This document shows positions 57,701 through 64,000 of a stretch of 64,000 nt of DNA, piece by piece; position 1 is the stretch's first letter; each line of letters opens with the position of its first letter. The stretch covers positions 50,301-114,300 of the forward strand of contig JAHIFQ010000015.1 of assembly GCA_018900835.1 (NCBI GenBank), written 5' to 3'. The DNA is from Patescibacteria group bacterium. Lineage in GTDB: Bacteria; Patescibacteriota; Minisyncoccia; Minisyncoccales; PEYH01. The notes below the pieces were generated by a model that saw only the letters and a list, made by a program, of their open reading frames with translations, was not told where the DNA came from and searched no databases. Position numbers and translations under genes: made by a program.

Positions 57701-57955
57701 TCATGAGGATTTTGCGAGGAGAATCGTCTCCACGAGATCAACAATCTTCTTGAGCGTGGTACATTCTTGAGCCTGCTCATCAGGGAGATAGATAGAGAGC
57801 TCATCTTCAATCTCCATGATGATTTCAACCGCATCCAATGAATCAGCGCCGAGATTTTCTCTCAAGTCGTCTGAATCTCCTGGCTCCTCTGTGAGATACA
57901 GTTGAGCCATAACGATTCCCACAACTTTTTTTCGGATATCTTCTCTGGTCATCAC
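57701..57955 (-). CDS. acpP: Acyl carrier protein
   Basis: LGADSLDAVEI phosphopantetheine-attachment motif. 84 aa. Confidence 0.8.
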   Translation of the reverse strand: MMTREDIRKKVVGIVMAQLYLTEEPGDSDDLRENLGADSLDAVEIIMEIEDELSIYLPDEQAQECTTLKKIVDLVETILLAKSS

Positions 57956-58020
57956 TCACCTCCTTGGCCAATGGTCCTTGTTCTGTTTATACCCTAAAAC
58001 AATTTTGATAATCTGTCAAA

Positions 58021-59220
58021 TTAAATTCTTTTGCTTTTTATTTTATCCCTTATCCCCTCAAGCTTGGTTTCCAAAAAGAAAAGATTGTGTATTGTTAAAA
58101 GTTTTCCAGCCAACATCTCTTTTGCCCTGAAAAGGAAATTAATTTGGGCGATTGTATATTTTTGGCAAACAGGACATTCACAGTTCTTGTCAATTGGTTC
58201 AAACTTATTCTTCAGCTTTCCAGCATCAAGATTCAAATATCCTTTTGAAGTCATTGCTGTACCGTGCCTTGCAATTCTGGTTGGTAAGGCGCAATCAAAT
58301 AAATCAATTCCCAATTTGACAATTTCTTCCAAAACATCCAAGTCCCCTATGCCCAAAAGATGATGAGGTCTCTGCCAGTCAATGTCCTCATTGACCCATG
58401 ATATTGTTTTGTACATATCTTTTTTGCTTTTGCCCAATGCTCCGCCAATAGCAATTCCGAAAACAGGCAAATCATTTACAAATTTGGTTGATTGTTCGCG
58501 TAAGTCCTTAAAAACTCCGCCCTGAATAATACCAAAAATCTGTTGATTAGATTTATTGCCTCCCACGCCTGAGTTGGAAGCTGTTTTTAAAAACCTTTTA
58601 AACCATTGATGGCTTATTTCCATTTCTTTTTCCGCTTCTTTACGGCTATCCATTGGACTGCCACAAACATCTAAAAGATAAATAAAATCAGCCCCCAATT
58701 GCTTTTGAATTTTAAAAGAAAGTTCTGGCGTAAGCAAAATTTCCCTTCCATCTCTTGGGGATTTAAACCTTGCTCCTCTCTGGCTGATTTTCAAAAGATT
58801 TTTTCCTTTTTTGCGTAAAGCAGAATTTTCTTTCTGCCGAGAAACGATCTCGGCGGATTTTTCTTGAGGAAAAATAGAACCGATTTTCCCCAAACCAAAC
58901 TCGCTTCCTTTGCCTAAAGAAAAAACCTGAAAACCGCCGGAATCAGTAAAAATCGGTTTATCAAAATTAAAAAATTTGTGGAGCCCGCCAATCTGCTCAA
59001 CCTCGTTCGCCCTATCCAAGTCTAAAAAATGGAATGTATTAGTAATTTGGCATTGGGCTTTTGTTTGCTGTGTTTCCCCTGAACTCAAACCGCCTTTAAT
59101 CACGCCCAAAGTTGCCACTGGAATAAATGCTGGTGTTTTTATCTTGCCGTGGGGCGTAATAATCTCTCCAATCCGCGCCCTGCTCTTTTTTGATTTCTCC
59201 TGTATTTCAAATTTGAACAT
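58021..59220 (-). CDS. tgt: Queuine tRNA-ribosyltransferase, with in-frame REP insertion
   Basis: TPHGKIKTPAFIPVAT, DSGGFQVFSLG, LLGIGDLD, zinc site CECPVCQ. ~30-aa insertion containing SAEIVSRQ. Confidence 0.8.
   Translation of the reverse strand: MFKFEIQEKSKKSRARIGEIITPHGKIKTPAFIPVATLGVIKGGLSSGETQQTKAQCQITNTFHFLDLDRANEVEQIGGLHKFFNFDKPIFTDSGGFQVFSLGKGSEFGLGKIGSIFPQEKSAEIVSRQKENSALRKKGKNLLKISQRGARFKSPRDGREILLTPELSFKIQKQLGADFIYLLDVCGSPMDSRKEAEKEMEISHQWFKRFLKTASNSGVGGNKSNQQIFGIIQGGVFKDLREQSTKFVNDLPVFGIAIGGALGKSKKDMYKTISWVNEDIDWQRPHHLLGIGDLDVLEEIVKLGIDLFDCALPTRIARHGTAMTSKGYLNLDAGKLKNKFEPIDKNCECPVCQKYTIAQINFLFRAKEMLAGKLLTIHNLFFLETKLEGIRDKIKSKRI
58837..58855. repeat. REP family 1 copy in-frame inside tgt
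   Basis: GCCGAGAAACGATCTCGGC encodes AEIVSRQ on the minus strand. Confidence 0.85.
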
Positions 59221-59264
59221 AGAACTATTGACAAATTAAATCTCATGATATAGGATAATAATAT

Positions 59265-59480
59265 CACAGCGGGAATCGATATGGGAGTTGCGGCGCTCGG
59301 AAGAACAGCGCTTGCGGGGTAGGCACTCGCTTAGCCGAATCTGGCAGGGGTTACGGCACCTCTTAAATAAAGCTGGCACACACAAGGAGCCAATGAGGCA
59401 CCACACCGAGTCGGAGAGTATCCGGCCAACACCCATACCCGCTGCATCCGCGTCACCCTTTACAGGTTGGCGCGTTTTCT
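59265..59480 (+). ncRNA. GC-rich structured element, candidate ncRNA of unknown class
   Basis: ~58% GC. Stems GCGCU-CGGAAGAAC-AGCGC, CGCGTCACC…GGTTGGCGCG then TTTTCTTTT. Upstream TTGACA…TATAGG. ORF 59288-59536 judged spurious. Confidence 0.3.
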
Positions 59481-59487
59481 TTTATCT

Positions 59488-59520
59488 GAATTTCTTTTTT
59501 TCTAAATCTCTGACTTCTTT
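59488..59520. repeat. 33-bp direct repeat, copy 1 (duplicate of the last 11 codons of metalloprotease gene 59730-60107)
   Basis: GAATTTCTTTTTTTCTAAATCTCTGACTTCTTT, identical to 59746-59778. Followed by CAT (relic start codon on minus strand). Confidence 0.85.
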
Positions 59521-59587
59521 CTTAAACATTTTTTAAATGTGGATAACTGTTATTGACAAAAAACTGATTAATGATAAGGTATAAATA

Positions 59588-59690
59588 GTGCTTGTGGGCG
59601 TAAGCCCCGTTCAGCTAAGGTTTTCCTAAGCTGAAGGCAAGCACTACGAAGAAGCTGATACACATCGGCTTTTTTGTTTTTTATTGATCC
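59588..59690 (+). ncRNA. Compact candidate sRNA with intrinsic terminator
   Basis: Closing stem AGTGCTTG/CAAGCACT enclosing GGGC-GUAA-GCCC (GNRA tetraloop) and an 11-bp hairpin TTCAGCTAAGG/CCTAAGCTGAA. Terminator AGCTGAT-ACAC-ATCGGCT+TTTTTTGTTTTTT. Upstream TTGACA (59553) and TATAAAT (59580) with non-canonical spacing. Confidence 0.4.
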
Positions 59691-59729
59691 TCTATCCCCT
59701 TGTCCGCTAATTGTCTGCATAATATAAAA

Positions 59730-60107
59730 TTATTTGAATTTCTTTTTTTCTAAATCTCTGACTTCTTTTTCACTCATCCCGAAATGGTGGGCAATCTCGT
59801 GCCAAACAGTTCGCTTAACTTTTTCTTTTATTTCCTCTGGGGTTTTGGCAACTGTTTCAATACTACCCTGAAACAATGTAATCTTATCAGGCAAGACATT
59901 AGCGTAAAATGCTCCTCTTTTGGTTTGCGGAATACCCTGATACAAACCGAAAAGCAAACCGCCTGTTGGCACTCTCGCCTGCCTTAACTGCTCTGGAGAT
60001 GGCCAGTCCTCAACCAAAATATCCACATTTTTCATTTTGTCTCTGAATTTCTCTGGAATTTCCGCTATCCCCTGCCTCACTAATTCTTCAAAATCTTCCT
60101 GCCTCAT
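59730..60107 (-). CDS. Minimal zinc metallopeptidase (Zincin_1/DUF1025-like, HExxH)
   Basis: C-terminal HEIAHHFGM. ~125 aa. Confidence 0.55.
   Translation of the reverse strand: MRQEDFEELVRQGIAEIPEKFRDKMKNVDILVEDWPSPEQLRQARVPTGGLLFGLYQGIPQTKRGAFYANVLPDKITLFQGSIETVAKTPEEIKEKVKRTVWHEIAHHFGMSEKEVRDLEKKKFK
59746..59778. repeat. 33-bp direct repeat, copy 2 (genuine 3' end of metalloprotease CDS)
   Basis: Identical to 59488-59520. Confidence 0.85.
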
Positions 60108-60214
60108 ATTTATTTTATATTTTACATCTCATCTCTCATATTTCTTCGGTAATTCTAACCCAAATCCTTCCAAAAAGCAAAAATAGAAATTAATTTCTAC
60201 ATAGTTCTGTCGTA

Positions 60215-60275
60215 GCCAACATCTAATAAAAAATATCCGTGGGCGCCTCGAAAGTGAGGGAGGATACCTCAAGGC
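60215..60275. repeat. Large GC-rich hairpin (17-bp perfect arms AAATATCCGTGGGCGCC / GGCGCCCACGGATATTT, 25-nt loop containing GAGGGAGG)
   Basis: Seen directly in an AT-rich intergenic region upstream of the metalloprotease gene. Confidence 0.6.
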
Positions 60276-60577
60276 GCCCACGGATATTTCTTTTATGTTC
60301 TATTGGTTAAACAATCAAATAAACAAAAAACGCAAAGCCGAAGCTTGCGTCCAGAGACATTATCCCGGGAGTGATTTTATCAAATGACCTCCTCTTGCTT
60401 TTGTTTGTTGATAATAATGAAAAGTACTCCTTTGATTCGTATCATATATTGTATTGTATCTCCAAAACCAGTCAAGAAAGTTATCCACAACCATTCTGAA
60501 TTCTAATTTAAGTAAACAATCGCAAGAAAAACCCGGCCTCTTTTGAGTCCGGGTTTCATTGCTTTATAAAAAAATGC

Positions 60578-61369
60578 TCATTCTATCGTTTTATCAAAAA
60601 TATCCAAATAATCAATATTTTTGTCATCCAAAAGAAAGGGTTTTAATTTTTTCTTAAAATCCTTGATGTTTAATTTTACTTTTCTTTTATAAACATCAGT
60701 TAATTTTTCAAACAATTCTTTCTCTGTTTTAACTTTCATCTCAGAAAAAAGTTTTGGATGAGGTTTAACCCTATAAGACAGGAGCCAAGCAATATCGTAA
60801 AAATCTCTTGGCTGAATATCTTTTCTAGTGAGGGCGGCTCGAATCTTTTGAGATAAAAGAAAGCTTTTTGTGTTTGTAATAACAGGCCGAAGAAAGCCAA
60901 ATCTTTTTAAAATAACGACTTCCGTCTCTGGTCTGGTCTTTGGTGTAGTGTAATTAATTTTAACATTTAATTTTTCATTCTTATCGGTGGTAATTCCTAA
61001 ATCAAAAAGCAATTTGGGGAATTTAAAACTCCCAATTCCAGAATTATTTGTTTTCTTAAAATTGAATTCCGCTTCAAGATTCTCCTTTTTGAACTCCGAG
61101 GATATTTCCTTGAACAGCGACCTTATTTTCTCGTGAGAAAGACCTAAATTATCAAAATCTAAATCCTCGGAAAATCTATCTATATTCCTTAAAATTCTTA
61201 AACTAGTTTCTCCAATAAAAGAGAGCTTTTCCGATTTTGGCTGGTTATAGAGATGATAAATCGTCTTACATTGGAGATATTCTCTAATTAAAGCCCTTTT
61301 CTTTGTCTCGGGAACCTCTAAGCTTTTGCCTTCTTCTAAAATTGTTTGCCACAAAAATTCACTAATCAT
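60578..61369 (-). CDS. abiEii: AbiEii/AbiGii-family nucleotidyltransferase toxin (type IV TA / abortive infection)
   Basis: FIGETSLRILRNIDRFSEDLDF matches the GGTAL..R.S.DLD AbiEii motif. Confidence 0.6.
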   Translation of the reverse strand: MISEFLWQTILEEGKSLEVPETKKRALIREYLQCKTIYHLYNQPKSEKLSFIGETSLRILRNIDRFSEDLDFDNLGLSHEKIRSLFKEISSEFKKENLEAEFNFKKTNNSGIGSFKFPKLLFDLGITTDKNEKLNVKINYTTPKTRPETEVVILKRFGFLRPVITNTKSFLLSQKIRAALTRKDIQPRDFYDIAWLLSYRVKPHPKLFSEMKVKTEKELFEKLTDVYKRKVKLNIKDFKKKLKPFLLDDKNIDYLDIFDKTIE

Positions 61370-61995
61370 TTTTTATATTCTTTAAATAAGTTTTCCATAG
61401 ATAAATGGAATTTTTTGTTATTTGAAGAAACTAATTTTTGCCACTTCTTTAAATCGCTCCATTTGAAATCCTCGCCAATATCCAGACGCATTTCCTTAAA
61501 ACAATTCTTCGGATCAAAACCCTTTCCGAAGCTTCGTAGATATAAAAAATCAAATAGCGCTTTCTCCGGGACCGCTATCCTATAAGAGTATGGGGAATCA
61601 GCGTCTACCTTTCTATGACCAAAGAAAAGTTCTGGTTTGATATGACGATAAATAAATAAACCGTAGTTCTCCGTTTTGATTGTTAATGTTTTCTTAAGAG
61701 AGATAGAAGTGGTGGCAAAAGGAATATCTGGAATAATCCCATAATAATTTAAAGCGGTTTCGCAAGAGATATAAGAAGGAAAGAAAAAATCAGCCAAAAC
61801 TAAAACATCTTTTATCTGATAATCGCTAAATTTATAAATCCCTCTTTTCAATCTTTCCAGATGCCCTCTTTTTGTCCAGACGCTCAATTGGAAAATTATG
61901 GTTCTCCTATTTTCATTGGCGAACCATTTAAAAATATCATCTAATCTAAAAATAGGATAATCTTGTAATTTTTTCTTTAATTCAAAATAGGTCAT
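61366..61995 (-). CDS. abiEi: AbiEi-family antitoxin-like protein (N-terminal wHTH)
   Basis: 4-nt overlap upstream of AbiEii gene. ~200 aa with N-terminal basic wHTH-like region. Confidence 0.45.
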   Translation of the reverse strand: MTYFELKKKLQDYPIFRLDDIFKWFANENRRTIIFQLSVWTKRGHLERLKRGIYKFSDYQIKDVLVLADFFFPSYISCETALNYYGIIPDIPFATTSISLKKTLTIKTENYGLFIYRHIKPELFFGHRKVDADSPYSYRIAVPEKALFDFLYLRSFGKGFDPKNCFKEMRLDIGEDFKWSDLKKWQKLVSSNNKKFHLSMENLFKEYKK

Positions 61996-62054
61996 TTCTG
62001 AAAGTTATACTTTTTTATAACTAATAGAATTATATCTATTGTGTCAATATTAAA

Positions 62055-62714
62055 CTAATTTTGGCTCTTTTTCTCCCTGATTCTAACCAAAAAATCCCCA
62101 ATAACATCTTGGGCATAGACGATTTGACTTAACCAAGAGAGAAAAATCCCTGTGATAATCAATGAAAAGCCCAAATAAAGGGAAATCCCGTCAGCTCCTC
62201 TTAATTGCGAAATGGTTAATACTGTGAAACCGGATAAATAAAAAAGAAACTTGATTCTTCCCAAAATATTCGGCTCTGGAAGCTTCACTCTTCGGTCAAG
62301 CAAAATCCAGAGGCCGTAAATAACCAATAGTATCTCCGGCAAAACGATATGCAGTATTAAATTGGGAGCGATAATGCTTTTGGAAAATAAATACCACAAA
62401 ACCCCCACAGCTAAAACTTTATCAGCAACAGGGTCAAAAACTTTTCCAAAATTAGTAATCTGATTTCTTTTTCTAGCTAATGACCCATCTATTAAATCTC
62501 CCAAAAACCCGGCTATTATTAGAAAAAGAACTAGACCTGTTCCGACTATTTTGGGGAAATAAAGAAGCCATGAAAAAGAAAAACGAATAGCTGTGATATG
62601 GTTTGGCCTTAACCAATAAGGGACAAATCCCAAGAACTTTATTAAAAAATCATCCCTTATTCGGGTTTCCGCAATTGTCCATCGCTTTATTGTTGAAAAA
62701 CAATCATTAAACAT
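62055..62714 (-). CDS. CDP-alcohol phosphatidyltransferase (PgsA-like)
   Basis: DLIDGSLARKRNQITNFGKVFDPVADK (D-x2-DG-x2-AR…G-x3-D-x3-D). Multi-TM. Confidence 0.75.
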   Translation of the reverse strand: MFNDCFSTIKRWTIAETRIRDDFLIKFLGFVPYWLRPNHITAIRFSFSWLLYFPKIVGTGLVLFLIIAGFLGDLIDGSLARKRNQITNFGKVFDPVADKVLAVGVLWYLFSKSIIAPNLILHIVLPEILLVIYGLWILLDRRVKLPEPNILGRIKFLFYLSGFTVLTISQLRGADGISLYLGFSLIITGIFLSWLSQIVYAQDVIGDFLVRIREKKSQN

Positions 62715-62767
62715 AGCAACCCTGATTTTTTCTTAAATCATTGGCCATTGTTGTCGCTTCCGACAAT

Positions 62768-63397
62768 TCAGGCATATTTATTATAATCCAAACTTTTTAA
62801 GATTGATTTTCTTAATTGGGCTATTTTATAGTCAGAAAGATTGAGTTCAGGCACTGCTCTCTGTAAAGAAACTATTTTTATCAATTCTTGGCCTAACTCC
62901 TGTAAATTATATTTTTTAATAATGCTTTTATATCTCTTCCAATCAATTATGCCAATGGATAGAAGCGAAAAAATATCAATCAAGTCCTTTTTGCCTTTAT
63001 TGCTGCCTTGCCGCGAGGAAAAAGCATAAAGTTTTAACACAAGTAACGCTTCCGGCATTGGCACTGAAAATCCTTCAACATTGTGCGAATAATTTGATAT
63101 TATGTCTTCAACGGGAATCGCTATTTCAGAAAAATGAGGAAGATAAATATCAATATCTATGTCTTCATTCTTTATCTCGTATTTTTTAAGCCGTTCGTTC
63201 TTAAAAATTTCAAACTTTCGTTTCAGCACCGCTAATTGGTCATAGTCAATAATAATATCAATGTCCTTTGATTTCAAATTTTTAGCATAAATAAAAATCG
63301 CCCAACCGCCAATGAGAATAAAATTAAATTTGCCCTTCAATTCTTGAAGAATCTTGAAACTCTTTTCGGTTATTAAATCGTGATAAAACTCAGGCAT
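62768..63397 (-). CDS. Pol-beta-superfamily nucleotidyltransferase-fold protein (possible toxin or antitoxin of a second NTase/HTH pair)
   Basis: ILIGGWAIFIY…SKDIDIIID (hGGxA…DhDh NTase motif). Confidence 0.4.
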   Translation of the reverse strand: MPEFYHDLITEKSFKILQELKGKFNFILIGGWAIFIYAKNLKSKDIDIIIDYDQLAVLKRKFEIFKNERLKKYEIKNEDIDIDIYLPHFSEIAIPVEDIISNYSHNVEGFSVPMPEALLVLKLYAFSSRQGSNKGKKDLIDIFSLLSIGIIDWKRYKSIIKKYNLQELGQELIKIVSLQRAVPELNLSDYKIAQLRKSILKSLDYNKYA

Positions 63398-63420
63398 AAT
63401 TTATATTTTTTACATTACAT

Positions 63421-64000
63421 TTATGAATGGAAGAGCTTTTGTTTTAAAGCATTTAAAAAATCTTTAGCATACCATTCCGGTAAATTCCACAAATCAACAA
63501 ATGTTTGGCAATCTGGCGTTATTTTGCCAAAATTCTCTTGCCATTCGTCAGATGATATGACTATAAGATTAGTTGTCCCTTTTTTGAATGGAAAGCGGGA
63601 TTTTATATCAGCCAATTTCTCTTTTTCAGAATAAACATAGACCTTATCATAATCAGCAGGAGCGTCTTTGTATTTTTTTAAATAAGCCGTAAAAGCGCCG
63701 AACATTATATGAGGAGGCATTTCGCCTTCTATGTTCTTTACATTCTTATCTATGTGGGTTTGATAAATAATATCCTTTTGTAGGTTGCGGAAAGTAGCCC
63801 ACAAATAAAGCCATTTTTCCACATCAACAACTTTAAATCCCCTGCCTCCTGTTTCAATACAACCAGAATTGCGAGGAACCTTTAAAGCATTAAAAACCGT
63901 ACTCAAGGAAAATTTATACTTTTGAGCTATTTGTTTTTGGGTAAATTCAAATCTCTTGTTTTCTATGGCTTGAGATAGAATTTCCCGCCAAATTATTTCC
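63421..64000 (-). CDS. HTH DNA-binding protein, 5'-partial (continues beyond window end)
   Basis: Frame open to window edge. FTQKQIAQKYKFSLSTVFNAL classic helix-turn-helix. Track start MSTVF is internal. Confidence 0.5.
   Translation of the reverse strand, partial: EIIWREILSQAIENKRFEFTQKQIAQKYKFSLSTVFNALKVPRNSGCIETGGRGFKVVDVEKWLYLWATFRNLQKDIIYQTHIDKNVKNIEGEMPPHIMFGAFTAYLKKYKDAPADYDKVYVYSEKEKLADIKSRFPFKKGTTNLIVISSDEWQENFGKITPDCQTFVDLWNLPEWYAKDFLNALKQKLFHS

Noticed and set aside
59288-59536. 82-aa ORF (MRRSEEQRLRGRH…)
   Set aside because: Arg-rich, no start context, lies entirely within the GC-rich structured element. Judged non-coding.
1-64000. rRNA genes, CRISPR arrays, prophage structural genes
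   Set aside because: None recognised anywhere in the window.

Overview
The window reads as a low-GC (~35%) genome from a Patescibacteria/CPR-like bacterium. I assign it to that group on the basis of compact aminoacyl-tRNA synthetases, an ADP-forming acetyl-CoA synthetase, weak Shine-Dalgarno signals, and a dcw cell-wall cluster with ribosomal genes.

Housekeeping content:
- Ribosomal protein and replication-associated genes: rplI, rpmA, rarA.
- Cell-wall/division cluster: murG-ftsW-murD-[unknown]-csp-mraY-dacA, plus ftsZ.
- Glycolysis and PEP metabolism: fba, pfkB-like, ppsA, gapA, gpmA, eno.
- Aminoacyl-tRNA synthetases: gltX, aspS, valS, trpS.
- Others: tgt, acpP, trxB, galU, pgsA-like.

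Features of particular interest:
1. One REP-associated tyrosine transposase (RAYT) with a family of REP palindromes (arms GCCGAGA/TCTCGGC). Three copies sit in-frame inside coding sequences (ppsA C-terminus, tgt, and the RAYT gene itself).
2. A second palindromic family, ATGTTTAGAGGTT-C-AACCTCTAAACAT, has three copies. One lies in-frame inside eno. It is often paired with a third palindrome, TTTTGGAAACC-N-GGTTTCCAAAA.
3. A tRNA gene is split by a 134-nt insertion at the canonical 37/38 anticodon-loop position. Next to it is a tRNA-like gene with a 4-nt anticodon loop.
4. A GC-rich GGDEF gene sits beside a Xer-like tyrosine recombinase, with a dense inverted/direct-repeat cluster upstream of the recombinase.
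5. Several GC-rich candidate ncRNA loci. One is a compact sRNA unit flanked by 33-bp direct repeats that duplicate the 3' end of a metalloprotease gene.
6. Toxin-antitoxin and abortive-infection pairs: HepT/MNT, AbiEi/AbiEii, and an HTH/NTase pair.
7. A minus-strand block combining a membrane-anchored VirD4/FtsK-HerA-like ATPase, a small 2-TM protein, a UvrD-like helicase fused to a Cas4-like Fe-S nuclease, and nearby PHP, HD and PD-(D/E)XK nucleases.
8. Tandem Cas4-like nuclease paralogs, and a PP-loop-like unknown gene translationally coupled to murD (MurL-like candidate).

All calls come from reading the sequence and motifs by eye. No database searches were possible.
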